A stretch of DNA of 64,000 bases from Phoronis australis (Eukaryota; Animalia; Phoronida). The DNA lies in NCBI GenBank assembly GCA_002633005.1, contig NMRA01000368.1, positions 110,166 through 174,165 on the forward strand, in the 5' to 3' direction. Within the stretch, counting starts at the first letter, position 1, and each line of letters opens with the position of its first letter. Shown piece after piece: positions 13,829 to 26,967 of this stretch. Made by a program: the position numbers and the translations under genes. A model generated the notes under the pieces. That model worked only from the letters and a program-made list of their open reading frames with translations. It made no database searches and was not told where the DNA came from.

Positions 13829-16800
13829 TTTAGTCTGGTCGTAACTTAAAGAAGGCAATGACTTCAGTTTTAGGGTAGGGCCTCCTTAGCTACGTCTGAA
13901 CTTGCGACCTTTGATAAAATGTCTCCTGAAGTCCTTGGCTCTCTCTCAGAATATTTTTATAAGGAGAGGAACTCTATCAACACTCCAAGATGATACCTGC
14001 TGACCGGAAGTTGCTTTTAGTCCTACCTTTGGTCTTGGGCCTTATCTCAAGTGCCATGCACATCTGTTGATTAAATGGACGTGTTTGTTGTCATAGCTGC
14101 TTTTAGCATGCTATATTATCAATTGTGTTTTACACAAACTTCCCATCCACTGTTATCATTGTTGTCCTATTTGTGCCGATGTCGGCATTAATGTTACCAA
14201 CAACAAACAATACAGCCAATTAATTATAAGATCGTTGGTAGTATAACTATGATGCCTTCATTTAGGTGATGAAGGACCTTATTGATTGGTCTGCGCATTT
14301 AACTACAGATTTGTAGCTCATTAAAAGTATACAATTTCTGAAAGTACAAAACCTGTTGAATTTGATTTTTGACTTTTTTCCAACCTGCCACTAATTAGGT
14401 CATGTGACATTGTGTAACTTAATAAAGTTTATCAGTATCAATAACATCATCAAATTTTATTTGATATAAATGTTCAAGAATATATCTCAAAACCATTGTT
14501 ACAGTTTTCTATAACACTTTGTTTTCATTTGTTAGTACTTCAGAGTTTTTCATGAAAATCGTAAATATCCTAGTTTTGATACCCTTGAGGACTTTATCTC
14601 ATTGTGTTCCTTTTTGTTAACTTGAGCACATTTCAATACTTTGTATACTTAAATGAGCACTTATGTCAGTTGTTTTGCAGTGTATTCAACAAGATGGTCT
14701 TTGTATTCAGCTGGACCACTATCATCCATGCCTGTGATGTTCTTCATATTTTGGAGGCATCCTTGATTATGTAGATGTCATCATTTATCTTAGTCAATGT
14801 CTAGTTCTAGGTCTCCTGGGTGTTACATTTTTGGTGTTACATTTTTGAGGCATACATGGACCTATTTCATTGCTGGAACTTTTAGTTATCCAGAGGATAA
14901 GTCCATTGAATTAATTATGCTAGAAACTGCTGTCTGTGAGTACCATCACTCTGGTAGCATATTAAAGGAAATTTGTTCCAAATCTTGTTTCAGAGTCTAC
15001 AATGTCGATGAACTGAAACGGTATGGTCTGAAAAATTTCTTTGGAAGCATATCCTTAAGATATGGTCTGTAGGGTTTGTTTAGGATCATGTTTCTGATGA
15101 CCAGTTCCTCTGAATGCTCTGTTGATACTTATTTTGAATTGGCGTGACAGTGGCACTGTCCACTATGTGCTTTATAAAGTGAGGGAGTTAATGATGGTGC
15201 ACACCTGTGCTTAAAAGGTGGATTGGTTTTGTGAACATGTTGTGAATTCCAGTAATGAATAGGCACAGTCAATGCTGCATCCAGTTTCATCTCTTTTGCT
15301 GAAGGGTTTCAATCACTGATTGAAGGCAACTGAATATCCCATAGTTTTGCATTTCTGTTACTTTCAGTTATTTTGACAAGTTGTGTTTGTCTAAGTGTCT
15401 AAACAAGGATGTCTTTGAAAGCAGTAGACACTGGTCATGTAGCACCCTGTCAACTTGTGGTGTATTTAGTCAGACAGCTTAAAACTATGAATTATAACTA
15501 AGTAAAAGTAAATGTTTCCTTAATTTAGAAAGCCTATAGAATTTGACTTTTGGTTGGATACTTATCTGCTGTTAATTGAGTCACATGACCGTGTTTGGTT
15601 TTTTAGTAAAATTTAGCAAAACAGAAAGGTTCATCCATAGTAAGACAGCAGTATAAATAACATGACCAAAATTTTGTTCCTTATAAATGTTCAAGACAAA
15701 GTCTCAAAATCGGTGTTACAGTTTTCTTACTTATTTTTCGTTATGGTTTTATGCAGTTTTTGAATTACCGGGTATTTCATAAAATTGTAAATCCTATTTT
15801 TGGAAGCCCTAATGTAAAAGTGGAAAATTTTAAAATCAATTCCTAATAGGCTTTTGGACAACATTGTGTAATGTATGGTATCTATAAGTTTCATATAAAT
15901 CAGATCAGCCATTACCGTGATATGATGTTCTGAACTTTGCCAAATTTGACCATTTCTTGACGGTCCTTTATAACCTGAAAATACCTTATTTTTTGATAGG
16001 TCACAGAAATGGTGAATTTCGCATGAAAGTTAATAATTACAGGATTTGGAAGTTGGTTTGTTTTGATATATTACGAAATCTCAACAGTATCGGACAAAAA
16101 TAATTAACAGAATCGCCTTTTTTCATTTTTCATAATATTCCAACATTGAGTGGGTCAATGCTCTATTTTTCAAAAGATTGCATTGAAGTATTAATTAGAT
16201 ACTGTTTGTCTTTAAAAAATTGACAAGATTTTACTTGTCTGACGCAGTGTTTCCTAAATTGCTGGGACTTCACTCAGTACACTCAGGTTAAAGGCGGGGG
16301 GGGGGGGGGTTGNTTGCACGGTTGTTTCCGAGAATCGCCCACACAGCTCTGCTGTGGTGTGAGACAAGTGCGTTGGTTGGCAGTAATGTGAAAAAATTGC
16401 GGCAAGCCCATCAAACAGGCCAGACTTAATTAATTAACATGTTTATGGTATTGCATTTGATGTGATGGTTGGTAATGCCAGGTATACTGGTGGAAAACAC
16501 ATGGAACATGTGTTCATGAATGTAATCCCTATGACGTCATTTCTGTTTAAGGTTACCCTATTAGAAACACATTTTGCTGAAATGTTTTACAACTGGTGTA
16601 CAGTTCCTGTGTGTCAGTATGTGGAGTGATTTCAGCGGCCTACCGTTTGGTTAATCACACATTCCTGTCGTAATTTTTTGTCCATAGAATGCCCAGGTTT
16701 GCATTCTTGTAATTGTTGCTATTGAGATCTACTGACGTGTGCACTAGGTACATGTGCCATACTGGCACTCTGCTCTGCTCCATGGCAGTGCAAGTTATTT

Positions 16801-17215
16801 CCAGGAAATTAAGTGCACTTTATTAAAAGCTACGTACATAAATTGTTCACTTATTTAGCACACAATATAGCCAACAAGTGAAATTCTATTTTGTCAAGGT
16901 CTTCTGTAAAAGAAGATTAATAATAGTTAAGTCTAGTAACAGCATGACTTGGTTGTGTGTAGATACAGTAAAACAAAATTTGGCAGTTTCCATTATTTAC
17001 AGAAAGATAACTAGCCTTTGAAAGATTACTTTTTGTAAATTGTACAAAATAAGTGAAGAATTTTAATTCCCAAAAATGATGAATTGGTGCTTGCACATGT
17101 CACTTCTGCAATGTGAAGCATTAGTCTCCGATATCCTGTTCACACTAAAACGGTCACATTTAAAACTGATTTAAAGGTTATAACTCTGGATTTGAACACT
17201 TTAAAACTGGTTTGA

Positions 17216-17367
17216 CATGGGCGCCGCACCATAGGGGGTGGGGGAGGGGCTATAGCCCACTTTTTTTCAGTGCTACGCTGCACATGGTCTAAAGGCGGTA
17301 CACCACAGGGGGGGGGGGCTGAGGGGGCTTTAGCCCTCCCACTTTTTTCAGTGCTGCGCTGTCCATG
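17216..17367. mobile_element. Dimeric CATG-ended MITE with 5-bp TSD (hAT5-like), copy 1
   Basis: CATGGGCGCCGCACC..GCTGCGCTGTCCATG made of two ~70-bp units; flanked by TTTGA / TTTGA. Confidence 0.7.
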
Positions 17368-20024
17368 TTTGAAAAGTTTTAAGTGTAGTTTGCTTATAAC
17401 CCTTTAAGAGGGGGGTTTAGTGAAACATCATAACCCTGTCAGTTGGTCTTTGCCTAAGCTTGTTTTTATAATCATTGAACTTACCACAGTTCGGAGTTTG
17501 GTCACCAGGTTAGAGAGTATTAGTGTCGCGTGTGTGTGGCCCAGGTCTAAGTATGGATTGTAAGTGGGTTTTAGTGTGGTCGAAGTGTTTCTACCCCTGA
17601 ATAAATTGATATTTGTTGGTTGTCATTTTATGTCCTGAAAGCAATATGGCTTTCAGCTCAAGTAGAAATAGACTGCTTCCAAGGTATAACTCTAGATGGC
17701 GCTTTTGGTTGATGCTTTTAGCCTACAGTTTGACGTATGAAGCTTTGATGTTGTTGATATCATGTTTATGGGCAAATTTGTAAAATGAAACTTTGCAGGA
17801 AATCTCCCCTGGTGCGATGACCTCATATCCTGAGAAGGGGTGGTTGACACTAAAAAGTGATTTCCTAGTGACACCCATGTGGTATTGGGTTTATGGCTAA
17901 CTGCCATCTGATCAATCATTTGTCTAGACTGTGTAACTTGTGGTAACAACAGGTCCATGACCAGATCCAATGGCCCCCTTCCCAGAAAGTCAATGTAGAT
18001 TGTGGAGTTGATTTCAAGTTACCCATTAGCTTTGGCACTTGAGACAACATCAAAGTTACTGCTAAGTAATGCAGTAATCAGAAAACTTTTGTTGGCAAGT
18101 TTGCAGTTCAATGTAAGGTTTGAAATACCAAAAACCAGTTTCATGTACATTATCCAATTATTACTGAAGTTAAATGCCTAATGGTGATAGGGTTATTTGA
18201 ACATTAATTCTTAGCTTGTTTTTCTTTACTGATAACAACAGCAGTTTTCAAAATAAACCAGACATGGAGGACCTAACTTAGATTTAACATCTTGCCCCAT
18301 TATTTGGCAGTGTTGTCAAGTTTCTGTTGCAAGAAATAAAATAGCATTTTTGTCAGAGTTGCTCCTTGTTTATTTTTGTTGTGGACTTGCTGTTGTTGCA
18401 ATTTTGGCAATGGGTGGAACAACACTTGTCGAGCTTTTGTCAAGGTTTAGCCAGAATTGAAATGGATTCCAGTTGAAAATAAATGTACACTTGTGTAGTC
18501 ACAGTGTTGTGTTAGGCAACTTTGCCCAGTTTCTAGGGCGTCCAATTTATTTTGAAAACTAGTGAATCTTTTATGACATTGAAGCTGAGTGTTCCTGTGG
18601 CTGTCTACATGTTGGCAGTTCAAACTGGTTAACATTACAGTTGGATTATGTGGGTGTTCTCACTGGTATGCTGAAATCTCCAAATTCCTTTAAAGGTAGG
18701 ACACCATTTGTCCAACACGTGAATCCGACAAAGTTTAGCAATGATGTTAGAAAGCTATTAAAAATTAAAAAGGTCAGTTTTGTCGATTGCTTTTGTCTGG
18801 AATTCGTGCGATTTTACTGTAACTGCGGAGTTGAATTGTGTAAGTGTTCTCACTTCTGGTTAAGGTTTTTTAGGGCCTTAAAAATGCCCAATTTTGGCGT
18901 ACTTGGGAATATCTTATTTCAGAAATGGCTGATCGAATTCACATGAAACTTTCAGATACTATTCTTTAAGGCCGGTTGTGCAAAATTCTCTGAGGAATTG
19001 TTTTTAAAATGTACCACTTTAACACGAGGTGCTATCAAACAATATAATGTGCCGGTAATCTTAATGAAAAAATTAAAGTTACATGCAACAAGACTGAAAC
19101 GATAATTTAGAAAACTGTAACAGAGTTTATGATTTTTTATCTGGAGCATTAAATTCATCCGAGATTTTATCGTGTTGTTGATGCTGTTGTTTTGAAAGAA
19201 CCTTTCTTTTTTCTATAATTTCCTAAAATGAAGGTCACATGACTTAATTGGTGGCAGATTGATAAGTCAAGTATTGAATTCTATTGAATTTCTGCCTTCA
19301 GAAAATATAAACATTAAGCCACTTAAAATCTTAAAATCTATAGTTAAATAAATATTTGGCTAAGTGCACACACTTGTCTATACTGAGGAGCAGAATTGTG
19401 ATTTCATCTTTGATCCTTGGAGGGGACTTAGCTTTCTAACTTATTTTCAATCCCCATAAACTGTCTGTAGAAGACATAAAACATGGCAGTTTCCCCTGCC
19501 TGCTCCCAGCACTGTTGGATGTGTTCAGAACATCCCTTGTGGCACAAATCAGTTTGCGAACACAAGGGGCAACATTCTAGTTAATCAAGCAATTAAACGT
19601 TATTTAATTTTCCAATTATAAAAGAAAAATGTTTTGGTTTAAAATTAACCATTTGCAGGTTTAATTGAGTGGAAAACACGTTTTTTCATGTTTTTGAGAC
19701 CTGCAGCGATTCCTGACATGGACGACCAGGTTTTATTGCGTTAAAGTTAATTGATTGCTACAAGAAAAAGGTATAAGAAAATGAGAAGGATATTTTGTTT
19801 AATGTGTGGGAATTTGGGGAGTCTGTGCTGGTCAATAAAAATGTATTAAGAACTAATTGAATTATAGCATGATTACCATAGAGGAAGTTAGTGTTAGTGT
19901 TGGTTGAATTAAACAATTTTGGACTAAAAATTATTGTTAGAAGTGCCCTTTTTATTTTCAAAAGCTCATATTGTTGTCAGTGGCCACAATTTTTCTAACC
20001 ATTAACTGGTACAGTGCATAACGA

Positions 20025-20390
20025 AAAGTTGTGTTTCGCTCTGTTTAGCTGGATTAAAGCGAAAATTGAATTGGGCCTTCTGTGCTCATGAAATCGGTCT
20101 CACCTTACCATCATGGTAGGATTCCGTTTCCATTAACAACTCGAGTCACATAAATGCCATTTTCAAATTTGCAATTTCAGAATTGGTCACATTCAAGTCA
20201 TAGGCAATGCATACATGCGTGATTATAACATTGGCTATTTTAGAGTAAGCCAACCCCAAAATGTTTTGAAGGTTTTCTTGTTGGTAACGGAAATGGAATC
20301 CTGTCATAGTAAGAAATATTACACGAGATCTTGTAGGCTTAATTTGAGTTTAACTTTAGCCAGATAAACTGGGCGAAATGCAACATTATA
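20025..20390. mobile_element. Decayed foldback/MITE with long imperfect TIRs
   Basis: GGATTCCGTTTCCATTAACAAC versus GTTGGTAACGGAAATGGAATCC, and TGTTTCGCTCTGTTTAGCTGG versus CCAGATAAACTGGGCGAAATG, are inverted pairs. Confidence 0.5.
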
Positions 20391-22850
20391 AATGATCAAG
20401 CAATTTTTTTGGTTCTAATAACTGTCTGTTTAAAAAAGTTAGGTTTAACTAAATATTATTTGCACGTTATCGCTTCAACTGTAAGTATTGAAATTGTGTT
20501 ATGTAGTATAACATGATTTATAATACTGTAGAGACTACAGTGTCATGAGATGGGGTACATCACTCCTATTGGCAGGTCTAGGGTGTCCTAAGGGGGCAGT
20601 CACAATTTTCATTGGACAGATATTCACTACAGTTCTTTGAATGGCGTGCTGGTGTCTTTTTTCTTTTTGGGTATGTACGGAGGGGTCCGTTAATCAAAAC
20701 TCTCACGCAATAATTCCAAAGTCTTCAGTCTGAGACCATTGTACATGTATTGTGAAATAATGAAAATGTTTATGAAGGCGGTTTTTCTGACCAAGTTTTG
20801 ATGTCCCAGGAACTGAAAGTCCCCACTGACTTAGTCTGCGGTATGCCAATGTCAGATATGCCAGTGTTCGTGTTTAAGGATTGTTGCCACATGTATTTAG
20901 TAAGCTCTGTGGACTGATGAAATGACATGTGATAGTATAATTCACATCTGTTGTGGGGCAATGTAGACGATTAAGTTTATCTTCAATATATCCTTAAAAA
21001 ATTTCAATGTTTACTTTGCCTGATCATTTGGGCTCCAGGCCAGTATTCAATTTGATTACAGTTCCAGTCATACAATAGACCCATTCTTTTGGCTTGGCAC
21101 TTGACACGACTCTGTCTTTTTCTCTTTTGCTTTTGGGTATTTGCATAAAGGCGACCATTGTTGACTTAAATATGAATTTCTTGAGGCTGGGGGCGCCTGC
21201 AGACATTTGGTCAGTCTTGCAGCCTAATTGCTTTGAGCTGACTCATATGTGATGGAAATAGTTTCAAAAATATGATTTTGGTTTCATTTTATGCAACTTC
21301 TGATTTTTATCATAAAAATCCTAAAAGTCTAGTTTTGGTAAACCTTTGTGCGAAAGCGGATCATTTTAAAAACAATCCAGAGAAAAGCATGTTATATGAA
21401 AGTTTCATACGAATCCGATCAGCCATTTTTGGAGATATGATATGCCAAAGTTTGTCAAATTTGGAATTTTTTATGGCTTTACAAAACCTTAAACAACATT
21501 CGACAAACTGAACTTACAAGTGCACTTGTACTCTTTCTACCTATTTTTCATGGGTGCTTTTTAGTACTGAAAGTTAACTCTCGTAGGTAAGTTTGACTAA
21601 TTCTCTTGTGTCTCAGCTGCTAAACAATAAATTCAGTTAGTCAGTTGGTGAACTAAATTTTCAGACTTTATAAAAACTGTGTAAGCGTTTACTCAAAATT
21701 TGAAAATTTACAAGTTTCTTAAGGCATGGGTTTCCAAACTTTGGCATCAAATGGCTGGACTACTGTTGGTTTTAAAAAATATCAAATATCTCTTCTTTGC
21801 TGTCAATGCTTCATTGGTCTGTTTACTTTTCTTATTCAAGTGTTTGTTGTATTGAAATTGACTTAGTCAATAATTTTGATGAACGTTTTCACAGACTATG
21901 AAGCTGGAGTCTTGAAATAATACACAAAAATTGTATCCCTTTGTATTAAGCAAAGGGATATCTTATTTGTTTAAATTTTGCCCATGGTTTGAAAGGCACT
22001 ACCAAATATTTCTAGCCCATGTGTTTATTATTGTTATTGTAGCATTATTCCAGCATTAAAAGATGTTATGCTTTGAGGCATAACAAGTAAGCATTTAATT
22101 TCTCAGTTGGCTACCCAAACATAAACCTGGCTTTTTGTTGACCACCCTTCAGTTGCTTGCTGTCTTATTTCATAGTAGACTTTCTGAGACTTTCCATTCA
22201 GACTGTTGTGAAAACTTTAATCACCAGTTGCTCATTCAGCAGTGCTAGTATTATGTGTGAAATGTGCCACCCTGATTGAAACTAATAAAGAGATCTCTGA
22301 TGTTGAACTAATTTACTTTGAAAGGTGTTCCTCTAGTTCCCTATAGGCATTCATGGAAGACTCACCTGTTGAGTAATGGGTTTTGTTCCCAGCTCATGAA
22401 CCGTGATATTGGGGTTAATCAGCCTGAGTGAATGGTCATTTGATCCTTGGACTGGGGTCAATGGGTTTGAAATGACCTGCTCTGTCCACTCAGTGTTTTG
22501 TGCCACACTTTTTGCCAGCACCTGTGGTTTGTTAGGTAACTAGTATGCTGCAAGCCTCTTGTGGAATTACTGAAGTGAAAGGGTATGATGCCTTTTGGGT
22601 GGCATTTGGGTAACAGACTTTCACCAGTGAATACACATTACACAGTATTTAATGCATCATTTGGTAAAATGGCTTTGATGTGGTCCATAGTTAGAATGTT
22701 TGGTGATGAATTGTTAGTCCTGTGTTTCTGTAACTTGGCATTTGGAACTTTGCATTATTTCTCTCATTCCACCTGTCGCTACAACATTCCAGTTGTTGTT
22801 CATTTCAGGGACAGGTGATCTGCCAATTTTGCCCAACTGTTTAAGCTGCG

Positions 22851-22920
22851 TTTCTAAAGCCGAACAAATGAATCTTATCTGGACGTTTCTAAAGCCGAAC
22901 AAATGAATCTTATCTGGACG
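22851..22920. repeat. Perfect 35-bp tandem duplication
   Basis: TTTCTAAAGCCGAACAAATGAATCTTATCTGGACG twice. Confidence 0.9.
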
Positions 22921-24914
22921 ACTTCAAGCATTTTATAGCACATTCCAAATTTGTGAACCTGTATGTCCTGCTAAGAAAAAGAGAAAATTAAAACCTTAAC
23001 TATTTTTGCCAGCCACTGTTTTGAAGTCAATTTGATCCATTCAATTCTAACAACAGGGAATGTTTGGTGTCAAGTGTTGTCTTGAGTGTACCAATAGAAA
23101 AACACCTGTAACACTATGCCTTCATCTGATAAGAACTAATGCCTGTTGAGGCTTCAATTTCAGTTTCAAGTTGCTGGTAAAGGTTTGCATTAGGCTATGC
23201 TTTGAGGATTTGTCACAACCTATGTATTTCATCACAGAAATCCACAAAACTCAGGGCAGAATCTTATAATTAAAATTGTACTTGTACTTGGTGATGGTGA
23301 GCGTTTTTTCTGCACAGCCTCTTATCTTGTTATAGAAATCAGATGTTTCAAAGCCAGACCCAAGATTTCTTTACTTCACATTTTGAAAAGTTTGTACTTC
23401 AAATGAATTGATGTAAGGTTGGTAATTTTTAAGGCCACTTTTAAAGTTGCAAGTTATTATGTGGTATCAGTCCATGCTTAGTGCTCTCGTCTTTCTGAAA
23501 GTTTTGTCGGAATATGCAAATAATACTTAAGCCAATTTTTTTGTTGCCATTTTATGCTTGAAAGCAGCACAACTGCCTATTCGAATAGGGAATATGTTAG
23601 GTCTGCGGTAGAACACAAGATGGAGTTCTAATTTGGTGATCTGTAGCTTTCAACCCATGCCAAATGAAATTATATGGAGGCCGCAAAGTATTGTTTAACT
23701 TGCAAGATCCATGCGACAGGTGTACGCGCATCGCATGGTTATCGCTTATGGGACGCTGCCATTGTTTTCCTTTGTTGCGTCTTTGTTGGGTATAACACAG
23801 ATATTGTATCTTGGCGCACATCAGCCGGTTACCGATAAACGCGCGTTTGCCAATATCGTTTTTATCTTTCATTTTTTACAAAGTGAACAATGGATATGCC
23901 TATCTACCGATATCTATGCGACGAGCTAGCGACCTTGTTTCACGTGGGAAGTGGTATCCTCAGTGAGAAAAGTAAGGAGGAGGGATGTTTCACCTGTTCT
24001 ACCCAAGAGTTGTTATGGCAAAAATTCTTGCTCTCAGGTGTCTTTTAACTACTTAAGATTCTTCAATTGTTATCAATCTGGCTGGGTACATGTATGCAGC
24101 ACTGTGTTAATAATGGGAAACTTTTTAACTCCCCTGGTGAGGTTAGTTAAAAATACTCTGTTGATTTATGACTGGTTTACTGGATATTATCTTGCCAGGC
24201 AATTATTTTGCTAATAAATTAGACTGGCTCTGAATGTTTACCACATTAGGGTCCCTGTTTCCTCAGAGCTGTGTTGCAAAAACAGTTTTCAACTGGTTTT
24301 CCTGTTTAAGCATTTATGTTTAAACTCTCTAGCCGGTGCTTTGGTGGCCAGGGCTATGCCTCATAGATGCAAGAAACCCTCGAAAACTCAAGATAACGCA
24401 AGTCTTGGCGCGCAGTAGAATCAAAGGACATGATTGACCGACACCCCTGACTATTAGACATACATCAATATTGCACTATGCTGATTACACACTACATATG
24501 CAAACTCATAAAATCTCTGTGACTGAGTACTGGTATGGCAAACAATTAGTACCTGAAGTTATTCATAAGCCAGAGATACCTTTTAACAAAATAATGGTTT
24601 GTTGTATTAAGTTCTTTGCCAGAGCTACCTGGCCAGAACAAACAATATTTGCAAGTGTTAGAACTTAGCAGCCCTCAAAAAATGAAAAAGTGTCGACTTT
24701 AATAATCACATTTTCCGAAATTGAGATTTTAGTGTGAATTTGCAGCTCAAGCAGTAGTATGCGATCCTGATGTGACATGTGACGATTGTAGTTGTGAATT
24801 TTGCCATGACATGTTCAGTGTGTGTTCGAATGTCAAAGTAACAAGTTTGAAAATCAGTGCCATGAGAGTGAATTCATGAGGAGCTTAATTCACTTTTTTC
24901 TGCTAAACAGGACA

Positions 24915-25110
24915 TTTTGGATGTTGTCCGCCCATCAGTCCCGTGTAGGCCTACTGATTCAAGGGTGTTCGATACAAACCCCTTTCGGAATGACCATGGA
25001 CTTACAAACATGTTCATGGATTTTGGAAAATTGCCTTCAAATTTCAATTTTGTGTTGCAGAGAACGCTGCTCAACTACATGGATGATCTACTTGGTATAT
25101 TGTTCACTCC
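24915..25110 (+). pseudogene. Frameshifted reverse-transcriptase fragment, DIRS/Ngaro-like
   Basis: SVPCRPTD, VFDTN followed by frameshifted PFGMT, then LLNYMDDLLG (YxDD), in RT motif order. Confidence 0.5.
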
Positions 25111-25220
25111 ACTTGACATGATGGGGAGAACTGTTTTCTAGAACACATTTTTTCTGGTTATGTCTTTGATTTTTTTCAATTGGGTTCAAGTACTTCAGGT
25201 TGCAACCCTGATGTATTGGT

Positions 25221-25745
25221 TGGTTCTAAGTCTGTCAGTAGGTAACTCGTGTGGGTTTTTACGCGTGAACACGTGCGGGTTTTACGCGTTTACGCGTGAG
25301 CACGTACATCTTTTAAATATTTATGTGTTAGGCGAACTTATAAATTGATGCAGCTTCCAATTCCCAACCAATGAACAGAGACAGTACATTCACAAGATGA
25401 CGTCAACGATCACGTAACCCCACTTGACCCCTCTGCTAATACGAAAAATTAAGACTTTTACATGAGAATTGCTGAAAAGTAGCGAAATGATGACATTTTG
25501 AGAGAACTGCATGGGCTTCACATGCCCATCTCCCGGCGATGTCAAGGCCATTCGGCAGGCACTTCGTGTCAATCTTGTGACTTGGGGTTAAGCGCTTTTC
25601 GGGGTTGGACTGAAATACATTCAGCAGTCGCATTAACTTGTCTTTGCAGAGGGCATTACAAATTAGATTAACGCTTAAATGAGTCAACATGAATTCATTG
25701 ATACGTAAAACCCGCACGTGTCACCTACTAACAGACTTGGAACTC
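25221..25745. mobile_element. MITE with ~45-bp TIRs (GAG terminus, possibly Sola-like)
   Basis: Left GGTTCTAAGTCTGTCAGTAGGTAACTCGTGTGGGTTTTTACG versus reverse complement of right GAGTTCCAAGTCTGTTAGTAGGTGACACGTGCGGGTTTTACG. Confidence 0.7.
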
Positions 25746-26235
25746 CTCTATAGTCACCTTTTCCACCATGTTAAGTCAAACTGTGCCTTAAACCAGAAAC
25801 TGATCCCGCGGTTCCCAAACAACACTTTTTAGAACTTGAATAAAATGCTCTGTACAAGCTGACTTTTTCTTAACAATATGTACTTTGACAAGTCACTACA
25901 TTGATATCATTCTGCTGCAAATCACAACAATGAGGTTATATCACCATTGGAAAAGTAGGATTTATATTTAGAATCTGTAGATAGTTGATTTTAAAGATTA
26001 AGACACTAAGGTCAGTGTGGGTCATAAATGGTTCCCATAACAACTCAGTATATGATAAATTACAACTTTTGGTTGTTATCAAAACAATGAATAAACACTG
26101 TAATCTGACAGTGGCTAATTAACAAGTATTNGTCATAACTGGCGGTTTTGTTATTCTTCGAGGGAAGGTGTTTTTTTTGCAGAACACAGTTGCACATACA
26201 ATGAAATTTGGCACTTAAACATATCTCTGATAATG

Positions 26236-26967
26236 TGTTGGTGCCGAGGGTGTTTTTTTGTTGCATTCTTACGAGGGGAAGACCGGCCACTACTGTTAGC
26301 TGAGGCGATGCTTTGGTGTCAGTTTTGTACTGCTATGTATGTTAGAAGTACATGCCACATTCCATTTGATGGATATTTGATACTCCATGTTTTCTTGTAA
26401 AGAGAAAGGGCATTACTATGTTCACATACAGCATTCAAATATTAAAGGTGTGATTTTCTTTAGATTATGTGAAACCCAATATACTCTACCTCTCCTGTTT
26501 GCAAAATAGATTATTGAAAATTTTTGGCTTCTGAATCGGGGCATTGATCATTGATATCGTGCACCAAAACATGCTTTTCCATTTTCTTACATCACAATTT
26601 AANTGTTGTGCCAAGGGTGTTTTTTGTTGCATCTTACGAGGGGAAGACCGGCCACTACCGTTAGCTGAGGCGATGCTTTGGTGTCAGTTTTGTACTGCTA
26701 TGTATGTTAGAAGTACATGCCACATTCCATTTGATGGATATTTGATACTCCATGTTTTCTTGTAAAGAGAAAGGGCATTACTATGTTCACATACAGCATT
26801 CAGATATTAAAGGTGTGATTTTCTTTAGATTATGTGAAACCCAATATACTCTACCTCTCCTGTTTGCAAAATAGATTATTGAAAATTTTTGGCTTCTGAA
26901 TCGGGGCATTGATCATTGATATCGTGCACCAAAACATGCTTTTCCATTTTCTTACATCACAATTTAA
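26236..26967. repeat. ~365-bp near-identical tandem duplication across N at 26603
   Basis: 26236-26602 nearly equals 26604-26967; probable assembly or haplotype overlap. Confidence 0.85.

Noticed and set aside
11730-21510. Recurrent blocks such as ATGAAATTT, GGTCATGTGAC and ATCAGCCATT (also near 6120-6480, 31820, 38750 and 60860-61130)
   Set aside because: Fragments of an old dispersed repeat family; boundaries and class could not be defined, so no functional claim is made.
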